Assembly (NCBI GenBank): GCA_944386645.1
Contig: CALXBW010000001.1
Location: 8,947-72,946 of the forward strand
Length of the DNA stretch: 64,000 nucleotides
Direction of reading: 5' to 3'
Source of the DNA: an uncultured Clostridia bacterium
GTDB taxonomy: Bacteria > Bacillota > Clostridia > TANB77 > CAG-508
Shown here: positions 41,301-52,200 of the stretch, piece after piece
Layout of the letters: every line of letters begins with the position of its first letter
Position numbering within the stretch: the stretch's first letter is position 1
Position numbers and translations under genes: made by a program
The notes under the pieces: generated by a model
The model's input: only the letters and a program-made list of their open reading frames with translations
What the model was told of the DNA's origin: nothing
Databases searched by the model: none

Positions 41301-43368
41301 GAAACATACATATAGAGAATTAGAAAAATATGATGAAATAGGAAGAGAAATAGAATACAGTATAATAGAAACAGAGAAAAATCCAGGAGATTTAGAATAT
41401 TATGAAGAACCAGAAATAGGAGGAACAAATGATATAATAGTAACAAATAAATACAAACTAAAAGAAACAGCATTAAAGAGTGATATAACAAAAGAAACAG
41501 AAACAGTAATAACAGCATCAAATCAAGAAGTACCATATACAATACATTATGAAGCAGAAATAGATGAGTACATAGGAGATGCGATAGTAACAATAGTAGA
41601 TGAGCTACCATATAAGATAGATGAAGAAAAGTCAAGCCTAGATGGAGGAGTATACAACGAAGAGTTACAAACAATAACATGGACAAAAGAATTAGGACAT
41701 ATAAATACAGACACATCAGAAGAAGCATATAAAGTAGATATAACAAAAAATATAGTACTAGTATACAAAGACTTAGATGTAACAGAAAGTATGGTAACAA
41801 ACAAAGTAAAAGGAACAGTGGAATTATATGAAACAGAAGAGAAAAACACAGTAGAAACAGAAGAAAACACACAAGTGGAAGTAGAAGGAACAGTAGTAGT
41901 AAAATATGTGGAAAAAGAAACAGGAAAAGAGCTAGAAACTGCGGATGAAATGACAGGAATAGTAGGAGAAGAATATATAACCTTAGCAAAAGATATAGAA
42001 GGATATAGCTTAGTAGGAGATACAGAAAATACAAGAGGAGAATATAAAGAAGGAACAATAGAAGTAATATACTACTACGAAAAGACACCAGCAAAAGTAA
42101 TCATAAAATACCAAGATGAGGAAGGTAATGACTTAATACCAGAAAGAGTAGTAGAAGGATATGTAAGCCAAGAATATGAGACAAAAGCAGAAGAAATAGA
42201 AGAATATGAACTAAAAGAAGTAATAGGCCAAGAAAAAGGAGAAATGACTAAAGATGATATAGTAATAATATATGTATACAAAAAGAAAGAAGCAGGAGGA
42301 GTAATAGTACATTACATAGATAAAGAAACAGGAGAAAAACTAGCAGAAGATGAAGTAATAGAAGGAAACATAGGAGAAGAATATAAAACAGAAAGAAAAG
42401 TAATAGAAAATTATCAAAAAGCAGAACCAGAACCAACAAACAAAGAAGGAACAATGGCAGAAGAAACAATAGAAGTAACATATTATTATGAAAGAATCTC
42501 AAGTGGAAAAATAACAGTAAAATATGTAGATAAAGAAACAAAAGAAGAAATAACATATGAAGATGATACAGGAGAAGAAAAGACATATGGATATGTAATA
42601 AAAGGATATATAGGAGAAGAATATAAAACAGAAGAAAAAGAAATACCATATTACAAGATAGTAGAAAACATGTTACCAATAAATAGAGAAGGAATATTAA
42701 GTCAAAATGATGAAACAGTAACATACTATTATGAAAAGATGAGCTTCAACATGGAAATAAGTAAGAAGGTAAAGACAGTAACAATAAAAGGAGAAGAAAA
42801 AGAAGTAAGTAATGGAAGCTTAACCAAAGTAGAAATACATAGAAAAGAAATAACAACAACCCCAGTAGAAATAAGATATGTAATAACAGTAAGCAACACT
42901 GGAGAAATAGACGGAAAAGGAGAAGTAATAGAGAAAATACCAGAAGGATTTGAAGTATCAAGCAATAATCCAAGTGAATGGGTAATTAATGTAGATGGAA
43001 CAATGAAATATGCAGTAGAATTAAAGGCAGGAGAGAGTAAAGACATAGAAGTAGTATTAAAATGGCAAGCAAGTGAAACAAACTTTGGAGAGAAAAAGAA
43101 CATTGCATTAATAGATAATACAGAAAATCCGGCAGGATTTGATGAAGAAAATGCAGAAGACAACAAAGCAGAAGCAACAGTAATAGTAACAGTAGCAACA
43201 GGAAAAGAAGTATCAATATTAATAATAGTATTAGGATTTATAGCATCAGCAGGAAGCTTAATATTACTATATGAGTATGAGCTATACAGGAAAGAGAGAA
43301 ATCAACCAGTTAGAATGGTAAAACTAGGAGGTAAAAATGTAGTAATTAAGAAAGAAGTACAGAAATAA
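38350..43368 (+). CDS. giant secreted surface protein, A-type head with divergent body (1672 aa): signal-anchor, head homologous to A/C/F, DUF11-like and CnaB domains, four MucBP-like repeats (…VKYVDKETGE…YYYEK), C-terminal …VTVATGK + TM + charged tail
   Basis: ORF track start is GTG 38341; the RBS aaggggtg supports ATG 38350. Head alignments: FDAYF…GYLK…, …YILYIELSYPLEAYNS… vs A …YLITYTYPESAYKS…. Confidence 0.8.
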   Translation: MENFNNKERKNLFKRVEKMKKMQKGKNANVKSKSIQKLVMMSAVLVLIIMLILMVFRQNAIIISRQNPEYYRAMTYDEVQPGDEATNSEYVQFDAYFLKDINSDGNADKVRGTCNEIGTSDDLWMELKVDRNGYLKDAKITINSKQTNENGNFYFATEIAADSQIKNNYISTNTREIEFNTLENGTQITLSGKVNSSIDAEYHYKWDTAIRTENDYSKINSIVLTGTHVEELADGSTKETKIEKRVEFQVDWYGTLDIELLSSNNQTNDADIILDKEQGLLNIKFNVNLLDTKTSSSQLLFKTGHIEGILPEINGYSPTDIRLVNDHYGSTISYDEHTRKFTIEGNDFDDNDYQYILYIELSYPLEAYNSENDSEKSIEIPVKGWIEGYNNPNDEFQKIYKSNEVDTTLTIKLMREVIVPSINCIVGDDLNIYKYNVGSNYIVSKEKPARIYNGISETETEDYYRVQWTVSFSRNNGYLQNGVILKESKEGDKSDEFIKSDKSTDSMENVTTNVGIYLHDNLNIILGENGWIKVYNDDEIGGEPIVTFTKENWSQYNSEENMYKYAEPVKHIRIETSAIDTSSFGSSTKFLYVYNIKELDDSYITTKYETKEEFDNLKEIKSYVYLYTQTSVGEKEAIAYYIADYIYPITGVGMDLDDNRLYYDKAIVSTQQERDMKIRIGIPENNNGIDYDSDNRKFLSKWVDGEYLIKLPKDIIDLKINSITPDKENIQITSYETYEEEGNIYIKIKTKNETPENYQGKMTYKDTEVIYYYKLKESSITSTIEKTATANKVETQEDGTKIPVLTNERGQVTYNIKYNAEVNDYIGKVKIIVTDTLPAAIDETSSDLAGGIYDAEERTITWEEEVNVDTYTNGKYTHNFNKVVKLVYVDQDVTEDLVNTVNGETKIYYPDNYPEKGGEEVKTDEDEGTATVKQEYKVDKNVEKIWEDNNNSKGKRASSVMIELTADGEVVENSQVELNSRNGWKHTYRELEKYDEIGREIEYSIIETEKNPGDLEYYEEPEIGGTNDIIVTNKYKLKETALKSDITKETETVITASNQEVPYTIHYEAEIDEYIGDAIVTIVDELPYKIDEEKSSLDGGVYNEELQTITWTKELGHINTDTSEEAYKVDITKNIVLVYKDLDVTESMVTNKVKGTVELYETEEKNTVETEENTQVEVEGTVVVKYVEKETGKELETADEMTGIVGEEYITLAKDIEGYSLVGDTENTRGEYKEGTIEVIYYYEKTPAKVIIKYQDEEGNDLIPERVVEGYVSQEYETKAEEIEEYELKEVIGQEKGEMTKDDIVIIYVYKKKEAGGVIVHYIDKETGEKLAEDEVIEGNIGEEYKTERKVIENYQKAEPEPTNKEGTMAEETIEVTYYYERISSGKITVKYVDKETKEEITYEDDTGEEKTYGYVIKGYIGEEYKTEEKEIPYYKIVENMLPINREGILSQNDETVTYYYEKMSFNMEISKKVKTVTIKGEEKEVSNGSLTKVEIHRKEITTTPVEIRYVITVSNTGEIDGKGEVIEKIPEGFEVSSNNPSEWVINVDGTMKYAVELKAGESKDIEVVLKWQASETNFGEKKNIALIDNTENPAGFDEENAEDNKAEATVIVTVATGKEVSILIIVLGFIASAGSLILLYEYELYRKERNQPVRMVKLGGKNVVIKKEVQK

Positions 43369-43473
43369 AATAGTATACAATTACTAAAAAAGTAATAAAA
43401 AATTGGATTTGACATATAATAAAATATGCTTTATAATAAATATAGCATATGCAATAAAGTACGTAATAGTAAT

Positions 43474-43513
43474 AAAAAAAGACTAGGTTTGTGCAGAACC
43501 TAGTCTTTTTTTT
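43474..43513 (+). terminator. rho-independent terminator after adhesin E
   Basis: aaaaaagactaggtt-tgtgcaga-acctagtctttttttt. Confidence 0.6.
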
Positions 43514-43725
43514 AGTCTTGGTTATCTGTAATAATCAGATAAAGAATAACTAAGACTAATATTTTTATTTAAAGTACGCAATAGTTTCACCCCTTTCTTC
43601 TTTTCAGAAAAAAGACTAATTTATTATATTTAAATTGTGTCAAAATGTCAATAAAACTATTTTTTTAAATTATAAAATATTATCAATTTTCTTACTTACT
43701 CAATAAATTTAATTCTTAACTATTA

Positions 43726-43792
43726 GCCATTCACTATTCACTCTTCATTATTAACTATTAATTATTAATTGCAACCAAAGGTTGCAATTAAG
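43726..43792. repeat. junction motif J copy 3: agccattcactattcactcttcattatt…aatt + hairpin GCAACC-AAA-GGTTGC, upstream of adhesin F
   Basis: See 36661-36706. The 13 nt after it (tcaaacataaata, 43795-43807) also match positions 1-13 of the window. Confidence 0.4.
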
Positions 43793-43963
43793 GCTTCAAA
43801 CATAAATATTACAAAAATGTAACAAAAATAATACAAAAATTACATAATTTATTACAAAACAGTGGAAATATACCAAAAAATGTGAGATAATATAATAGTA
43901 GTGTAGTTTACAATATAATAAAAGTAATAATTATAAATTAATATAAATATAGGAGGAATAATT

Positions 43964-46900
43964 ATGCTTAGTAATAATAATTTACATAAGTCAAAGTTAA
44001 TAAATACAATATTAGTAATTGTAATAATATTGTCATTAACATTGACTAATTTCATTGTAGTAGGAAATGCTTTAATTTCATATGCAATGGATTCGAATTT
44101 AAATTCACAAAATGATAGCACAACAAATAAGAATGTTAAATTTAATACATTTTTTGATGAAGGTAATGGAAACACACATTATCTTGTTTATGATGTAAAT
44201 GGAACAGAGAAACAAATGTATATAAATTTATCTGTAGATGAAGGATATTTAAAAGATGCTACTATTGAATTTAAAGATATGAATTATGCAATTTCAAATA
44301 TTACAGATGAATCTGGTCTTGTGCAAGAAAACAAAAATAATACTTTAGTACTAAGACAAATAAATGCAAATACAAATGCAAGCTTAACATTATCTATAAA
44401 TGGAAATTTATCAGATAGAATGGAATTAAATAACTTAGATAAAAATAGTACTGTATTATTAAAAGGAACTTATGTAGATAATGAAGGTGAAGAAAAAAAT
44501 ATAGAAAAAGAAATTGTTGTAAATGTAAAATTAACAGGAGAATATGAAGCACAGTTAAGTCAACAACCTAATTCATATGTGATATTTAATGACGGCAATA
44601 GTGAAAAAGCTTTGGTAAGTGTTAAAGTTATGTCTGATTTAAAAGAGACAGAAAATAAATTACCTATTAAAGATTCAAAATTAGAAATAGAAGTACCAAA
44701 GTTAAATGGAATACAGCCAGAAGATGTTAGAGTGTTGGCTAATAGTACAGAATCTACAAATGGTAAAACTATAGAAGAAATAAAACAGGAAGATAATAAT
44801 ACAAATTTTGATAAGGAAAATGCTATATTAACAATAGAAACTGAAAACAAAGAAGAAGATGGTAAGGTATGGAATGGCAAAGGGACTGACGAATATATAA
44901 TTACATACATATATCCAATAGAAGCAATAGATGAAAGTGGAGAAAATACATTAACATCAACAATAAAGGCAGAAATGGAAATGTATAATGGAGATAAAAT
45001 ACAAGGGCAGACACAAGGAAACATTTTATTAAGAGAACAATTTGGACAAATGGTATCATTAACATTAGGTACTTTAGAGAGTAATATAAATAAAGGAAAG
45101 ATGTATGCAAATTCACAAAGAGAAGAAAAAGAATATGAAACAATATATAATATGGAAATAAAAGCAAATATTGAAGAAAAGAATTTTATAGATGGAATAA
45201 GAATAAGTGATTTAGGAGAAAGTTTTGAAGATATAAATGGAAATAAATATGCTACAACAATAGGAGATCAAACATATACATATTATAAAAAAATAAAAGT
45301 AAGTAAAACAAATTTTGAAGAAGTTCTGGGGATAGATGGAAAAATAACAATATATGATGAAAATGGAAATATATTAGGAGAAATAAATAAAGATACAAAG
45401 CTAGAAAATGAAAGATATGTATTCGAAGGCTTAGCAGAAAATGTGGGACATATAACATTAGAAACAACAAAACCAGTAAAAGAAGGAACAATAAGTATAG
45501 AATACGAAAAAGCAATAAGAAAAGATTTACCATATTCAAAAGAACAATTAAGAAATTTTGTAAAATTTAGTGTAAGTGCAAATATTGTAGAAAAACAAGG
45601 TGAAAATTATGTTCAAGTTGAAAATGAATCAAGCAGTATAAAATTAGAAGAAACAAATACAAAGGCAAATATTCAAATAAACAAAGATACATTATCAACA
45701 ATAGTAAATAATGAAAATGTAGAAATAAAAATAGAATTAGATAATAATAGAGAAAATACAGACCTTTATATAAATCCAGTATTTAGAATAGAACTACCAG
45801 AATATATAGAAGATATAAATGTAAAAGAAGCAAATGTTTTATTTGATGATAATTTAAAAATAGTAGGAATACAAAAATATAATGATAATGGAAGAATATT
45901 ATTAGAAATAGCATTAGAGGGTGTACAAGATGGATTTAGTAATGGAACATTCACAAATGGAACAAACATAGTTTTAAATACTGATATAAAAGCAAAGTTA
46001 TTAACACCAAATAAAACAGAAGAAGTAAAATTATATTACTATAATTCAAATGCTATAAGTTATGAAGAAACAACACAAATGTGGAATCAAGAATTAGGAA
46101 CAAGTCAGACAGAAATAGAATTTTCAGCACCAGTAGGAATGCTTGCAGTAAACAGTATAACAAATTATGAAGATACAGGAAAAAGTATAATTTCAGTAGA
46201 ACAAGGTAAAGTGGAAGATAAGATAGAAATTTATGATGAAGCAAAGATAGCAAAAATGAATATGATGATTATAAACAATACTGAAAATACAGCTAACAAT
46301 ATAATTGCAATAGGAAGAATACCTTTTAAAGGCAATAAAACTATAGAAAGTAATACTGATTTAGGAACAACTATAGATACTATTCTAAGGAGTCAAATTA
46401 CTACAGTTGGAAATAGTATAGAAGGAATGAAGATATATTATTCAGAAAATGGTGATGCAACAGAGGATTTAAGTAATGTACAAAATGGATGGCAAGAAAA
46501 TCCTACAGATTTTACAAAAATAAAATCATATATGATTGTTTTAGAAAATTATGAAATGAAAGCAGGAGAAATGATTGAATTGTCATATGATTTTGAAATA
46601 CCTGCAAATCTAGAACATGAAAATAGTTTATATGGAACTTTTGAAGTAAAATGTACAGAAAATTCAAGCGTTGGTGCTAATAATGTAGTAAGTGAGGCAG
46701 ATATAGTTGGTTTAACAACAGGTGAAGGTCCAAAAATAAATGTAGAACAAAAAATATCAGTAGGTGAAGGACAACCTATTCAAGAAGGACAAATTATAAA
46801 ATATACAATAAATATAACTAATACAGGAAAAAATCAAGTAGAAGATGTATATGTAAAAGATTATATTCCAGACTTTACTAGATATGCTGTATATCAAGAA

Positions 46901-49222
46901 GGTTCAGGAAGTTATGGTGAAGTACAAAGTGGATATACTTATCCAGAAACAAAAGTAGAAAATGGAAAAAATTATATAGACTGGAATATAGAAAAAATTG
47001 AAGTTGGTCAAACTGTAACACAAGAATTTGAATTACTAGTTGAAAAATTACCAACGTTACAAAGATATTATGAAGATAATTTACAAAACTTTGGTAAAGC
47101 ACCAGGATATTCTTTAATACAAGAAAATGGAGAATATTATCTATGTGAAGTTGATGCAGATGCTAATATTGTTAATTCAGAAAAAGTAACTGAAGTGCCA
47201 GGGACAACTGCAGTTAACACTATTGAATTGACTGCAAAAGATTTAGCAAAAGAGTTAACAAATTCTAATGAGGGAAATAAGATTGAGAAATCATATTTTG
47301 ATATAAATGAAAGAACAAATATAGATAAGAATACACTTGTTAAAGAAGGAGAAGAATTAATTTATACTATAGATATTAAAAATACAAGTGAAGATGTAGA
47401 AAATAATGTAGTTGCACAAAAGGTTTTACCAGATGGAACAGAATACAAAGAGGCATATATACAAGAATATAATGAACAATCACAAGCATGGGAAAATAGA
47501 ATAAGTGCAGAATATAATGCAAGTACAGGAAGAATAGTATGGAATTTAGGTACAATAAATAGTCAAGAATCAAAAAGAATTAGATTAGTTGTTACAGCAG
47601 CAAAATTACCAGATGGAACATCTTATAAAGATATAATAACAACTACTACAGTTTATGCAGATGGTATAAGTAATCATGTTTCAGAAGAAACAATAAATAC
47701 TGTAGCAAAACCTGTTATTGAAACAAATATATCAAGCGATATTTCAAAAGAATATATGGCAGAAGGAGATAGAATTACATATACAATAACAGTAAAAAAT
47801 ACAGGTAGATTAGATGCAGGAAATTTAAAAATAGAAGATATTTTACCTGATGATTTAAGATTTATCAGTGGCTCATATGAAATTAATAATGGACAAAATG
47901 GAAATTTAAATGAGTATAATAACAAAGTTGAATTATATGCTAATATTTTAGCTGGAGGAGAAATAAATTTAACAATAGTAGCAGAAGCTAAGAATTTACC
48001 AAATGACGTAGATGAAAGACAAATAGTAAATTATGCAACAGTATCAGGTGATAATTTTGAAACAGTAAAAACAGCAGAATTAACAAATATCATAGAACAG
48101 TCAGCAACATTACCAAATCCACCAGATGAGTCTGGAACTGGTGATAATCAAAATGGTAATTTAGGCGGAGATAATCAAGATGGAACATCGGTAACAGATA
48201 AAAAATATAGAATAAGAGGAACTGTTTGGGTAGATGCTAACGAAAATGGAACAAGAGAAAATACAGAAGAAGTATTAGGTGGAGTAACAGTAATGTTAGT
48301 AGATGCAAATACAGGTAATATATTACAAGATGAGAATGGTAATATAAGAAGAATAATAACTGCAAATGATGGAACATATGTATTTGATAACTTAGATACA
48401 GGAAATTATATGGTTGTATTCCAATATGATACTAATATTTATGGATTGACAGATTATAATAAAACAGGAGTAAATGAAGGACAAAATTCAGATGTTATTG
48501 AAAGTACCATGACAGAAAATGGAGAGACTAAGACAATTGCGGTAACAAATGCAATAAGAATAACAGATAGTAGTTATGCTAATATAGATATGGGACTAGT
48601 ATATAAAAATAAGTTCGATTTAAAAATAGATAAATATGTAACAAAGATAACTGTTCAAAACAAAGATGGAGTGAAAACATATAATTATAATAATAGTAAA
48701 TTAGCAAAAGTTGATATAACAGCAAAGAAAATAGCAGGATCAACTGTAATTATCGAATATGGAATAAAGGTAACAAATGAAGGAAATACAGAAGGATATG
48801 CAAAAAACATTGTAGACTATAAACCAACCGATTTAGAGTTTAAAGCAGATTTAAACCCAACATGGTATGCAGGAAATGATGGAAATGTATATAGTAACGA
48901 ATTAGCAAATACAGTAATAAAACCAGGAGAAACTAAAGAAATAAAATTAGTATTAACAAAAGAAATGACAGAAACAAATGCAGGTGTATCAAATAATAGA
49001 ACAGAAATATATGAAGACTATAATGATTATGGAATGAAAGATTTAGATTCAATAGTAAAAAATAATGCACAAGGTGAGGATGACTTAAGTAGTGCAGACG
49101 TAATTATAACAGTATCAACAGGAGGAGCTGTGGCATATACATGTGGAACAATAATTGTTTTATTACTAATGTTAGCAACATTATATATAATAAGAAAGAA
49201 AACTGCGAGATATTATAATTAA
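43964..49222 (+). CDS. giant secreted surface protein, A-type paralog (1752 aa), C-terminal …ITVSTGG + TM + RKK tail
   Basis: RBS ataggaggaat. Near-colinear with C (26582). Confidence 0.8.
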   Translation: MLSNNNLHKSKLINTILVIVIILSLTLTNFIVVGNALISYAMDSNLNSQNDSTTNKNVKFNTFFDEGNGNTHYLVYDVNGTEKQMYINLSVDEGYLKDATIEFKDMNYAISNITDESGLVQENKNNTLVLRQINANTNASLTLSINGNLSDRMELNNLDKNSTVLLKGTYVDNEGEEKNIEKEIVVNVKLTGEYEAQLSQQPNSYVIFNDGNSEKALVSVKVMSDLKETENKLPIKDSKLEIEVPKLNGIQPEDVRVLANSTESTNGKTIEEIKQEDNNTNFDKENAILTIETENKEEDGKVWNGKGTDEYIITYIYPIEAIDESGENTLTSTIKAEMEMYNGDKIQGQTQGNILLREQFGQMVSLTLGTLESNINKGKMYANSQREEKEYETIYNMEIKANIEEKNFIDGIRISDLGESFEDINGNKYATTIGDQTYTYYKKIKVSKTNFEEVLGIDGKITIYDENGNILGEINKDTKLENERYVFEGLAENVGHITLETTKPVKEGTISIEYEKAIRKDLPYSKEQLRNFVKFSVSANIVEKQGENYVQVENESSSIKLEETNTKANIQINKDTLSTIVNNENVEIKIELDNNRENTDLYINPVFRIELPEYIEDINVKEANVLFDDNLKIVGIQKYNDNGRILLEIALEGVQDGFSNGTFTNGTNIVLNTDIKAKLLTPNKTEEVKLYYYNSNAISYEETTQMWNQELGTSQTEIEFSAPVGMLAVNSITNYEDTGKSIISVEQGKVEDKIEIYDEAKIAKMNMMIINNTENTANNIIAIGRIPFKGNKTIESNTDLGTTIDTILRSQITTVGNSIEGMKIYYSENGDATEDLSNVQNGWQENPTDFTKIKSYMIVLENYEMKAGEMIELSYDFEIPANLEHENSLYGTFEVKCTENSSVGANNVVSEADIVGLTTGEGPKINVEQKISVGEGQPIQEGQIIKYTINITNTGKNQVEDVYVKDYIPDFTRYAVYQEGSGSYGEVQSGYTYPETKVENGKNYIDWNIEKIEVGQTVTQEFELLVEKLPTLQRYYEDNLQNFGKAPGYSLIQENGEYYLCEVDADANIVNSEKVTEVPGTTAVNTIELTAKDLAKELTNSNEGNKIEKSYFDINERTNIDKNTLVKEGEELIYTIDIKNTSEDVENNVVAQKVLPDGTEYKEAYIQEYNEQSQAWENRISAEYNASTGRIVWNLGTINSQESKRIRLVVTAAKLPDGTSYKDIITTTTVYADGISNHVSEETINTVAKPVIETNISSDISKEYMAEGDRITYTITVKNTGRLDAGNLKIEDILPDDLRFISGSYEINNGQNGNLNEYNNKVELYANILAGGEINLTIVAEAKNLPNDVDERQIVNYATVSGDNFETVKTAELTNIIEQSATLPNPPDESGTGDNQNGNLGGDNQDGTSVTDKKYRIRGTVWVDANENGTRENTEEVLGGVTVMLVDANTGNILQDENGNIRRIITANDGTYVFDNLDTGNYMVVFQYDTNIYGLTDYNKTGVNEGQNSDVIESTMTENGETKTIAVTNAIRITDSSYANIDMGLVYKNKFDLKIDKYVTKITVQNKDGVKTYNYNNSKLAKVDITAKKIAGSTVIIEYGIKVTNEGNTEGYAKNIVDYKPTDLEFKADLNPTWYAGNDGNVYSNELANTVIKPGETKEIKLVLTKEMTETNAGVSNNRTEIYEDYNDYGMKDLDSIVKNNAQGEDDLSSADVIITVSTGGAVAYTCGTIIVLLLMLATLYIIRKKTARYYN

Positions 49223-49238
49223 GGGAGGTGGAAATAGT

Positions 49239-52200
49239 ATGAAAAAGAAGATATCAATAGTAGTAATTGCTATTGTAGTTATAGGAATTGTTTTAGCAGT
49301 TAATATGAATAAAAGTGAGGCTTTGGAAGAAGAAGTGCTAGATCCAGGATATGTCCAAAAAGATTTAACATCTACTAGTGTAGCAGAAAGCAATACATTA
49401 AATGGTAGAGAATTTACACAAGGTGGGTATTTATCTTTTGAAGAATACAATCAAACAAAAGAAGCTTTTTGTAAGGAACATGGACAACGTCTAACAGGTG
49501 AAGAAAATACTAGAGTTCAAATAGGCAGTATAGATCAAAAAGTAATTGATCCACAACAAGGACAAACAATAAGATTAGATGGAGATCCAGGAACAAGTGG
49601 AACAAAAAGTGAATCCCTTGCAAAATATACTAGTGTTATTAGAAAAAAAGCTGGTGTAGATAGTGATTGGGCAATGGCATATGTAATGGAAAAGTTTCCT
49701 AATAATATAGATCATCTAAATGGTGAGACACAAAATGCTATGTGGGGAACTTTAGGACAAGCACAGTTTAATGAATTAGCAGAAGAAGCAATGGCTTTTC
49801 AAGAATATAAACAAAGAGTGCAAAATTCAGGAGGATTTAAAGGACAATATAAAATAGATTTAAGTACAGTATCATTTGATGAAACAGCTGATGAAATTAT
49901 AGTAGGACCATTATCTGTAAAATATGAAAGAGGTTTCGCAAAAATAGGAAGTAGACCAAAGGTAGATTTTGGTGGTATTAAAGAGATAAAATTATATGAT
50001 CAAGATGGTAGAGAAATAGATAAAAGTATATGGAAAATAACTTATGATGCAGAACATAAAAATACAAGAAAAGAAAGATTAGCAGGTGACGAAGATTATG
50101 GTACAACTGGTAGTGAATTTTTCAACTATCCATATAGTGGTGAGGAGTTTAATATAGTATTAAATGGAACTAAGTGTAAAGAATATGGAATAACTAAAAT
50201 TACTAGAGCAGATGTGATTTTATATGATACTAATATTGTGGCAGATTATCAAGATATGTCTGGTGTTTATAAAGATGTGTACTGGGATGTACAATATGAT
50301 TCTTCAATATGCCATCCACAAACAGAGTATGATCCAATTACAGGAACTAATAGAGTAATACCATGTGAACACGGATATACTTCTTCACATGAGGTAAGAA
50401 CAAATTATAGAATAGTAGCCAATGTTACAGAATTATCACCACAGAAAATTATGATGGTTCTTAAGGTAGAAAAAACAGTAGATACTGGTATTCTTGAACT
50501 TACACCAGAACCACCAAGATATACAACACCAATAACACCATTGCCAGCTATTCCAACTATTATAAGTTGGCCAGGATATCCAAGTTATCCAAATTTCCCA
50601 TGTTACCCAGATTGGCCAGACTGGCCAGATTATCCAGATTGGCCTGATTGGCCAGACGAACCTGAGGAACCAGATATAAGTTTAACAATTAAATTATCAG
50701 GTGTTGTTTGGGAAGATACTCAAACTGGAAAAGAAAGTGAATATGATGGAATGATTGGCAATCAAAACGATGGAACCCCAGAAAAGGGTGTACCTAATGT
50801 AAAAGTTACATTGTATAAAGCTGGAACAAAAGAACTTGCAGAGGCTAAAGAAAATCCAGTATATACTAATGAAGATGGTGAATATTATTTTACAAGAGTT
50901 CCTATGGGAAAATATGAAGTAGAGTTTGAATATGATGGTATGACATATACAACTACAAAAGCTTTTGCAAATGGAAGTGTAGAAGATTATAAAAATAATC
51001 CAGATGATACAAAATATGTTGTAGATTCTAAAACAGAAGAAACACAAGAGGCCAGAACAACATTTAATAATAAATTCTATGAGATAAGTGGAGATACTAC
51101 TACAGCTACTACTTCAGGAAAGAGTTACGGCTCAGCAAGAGATGCAAATGGAAATAAAACAGCAGACTTAGAATATATAACAGAAAATGGAGTTTCTAAA
51201 TTAGTAACAACAGATACAAATGGTTATGTAAAACCAGAATTTGCAATAACAGCATCAACTGCTACAATGGATTTAGCATATCCATTTAAAGAAAGATATA
51301 CAAATAATGAAGAAGATAAACTTATTGATAATAATGTTTATGAAGCAAATTACAAATATATGAATTATATAAACTTGGGATTAAAGAGAAGACCAGAAGC
51401 AGATTTAGCAGTTTCTAAAGATGTAAGTACAGCTACTTTAACTATCAATAAAAAAGAAATGACTTATAAATATAATTCTAGAGCTGGATTAGATGGTTTT
51501 GATATAACTGTTAAAACTTCTCCAAGTTATAATAATACTTACTATAATAGAGAAATATATAAATCAGATTATAATTACAGAATTGATGATTATAAAAATA
51601 ATACATTAAATGTTTCAGGAGCAGAGTTGAAGGGAACAAAGACAGAAGAGCAAGAGTTAAAAACATTTGTAACATATAAGATGACAATAAGAAATCAAAG
51701 TGGAATACCTGCTACAGTTGTTAATGAATTGGTTGATTATTATGATAATACATATAATTTAGTATCAGAAGATGTTCATATGGATATACAAAATGCAGAT
51801 GGAGTTGAAGAAAAAGGTAAATTAGTTGCAAGAAAATCATATTATGAAACAACAAATGGACAATCAGGAACAATAAATTGGAGTGATACAGGAAAATATC
51901 AAACTGATACAGATAAGGCAGGGACAGAATTAAATGTGATGTACACAACAGACTTAAAAGATGTTGTATTACAATCTGGTGAAGATATGTACATATATGT
52001 TACTTTTGAAGTAAATAAAGATGCAAATAGAGCAATAATGTTAGGCGAAAAGAGTAACTTTATTGAAATAAATAGCTTCTCAACTTTTGAAAGTGGCTCA
52101 GGAAAGAATACACCAACAGGACAAGTAGATAGAGATTCAGCACCAGGAAATTTAAATCCTTATGATACAGCTACAATAGAAGACGATTCTGATTCAGCAC

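Noticed and set aside
40988-42094. Long minus-strand ORFs inside the giant + strand genes (e.g. 40988-42094, 368 aa; 42248-42724; 42729-43166; 17219-17503; 27522-27932)
   Set aside because: Leu/Phe/Tyr-rich low-complexity translations with no RBS. They are the expected antisense artefact of Lys/Glu/Asn-rich, AT-rich coding sequence and are fully contained in strongly supported genes on the other strand.
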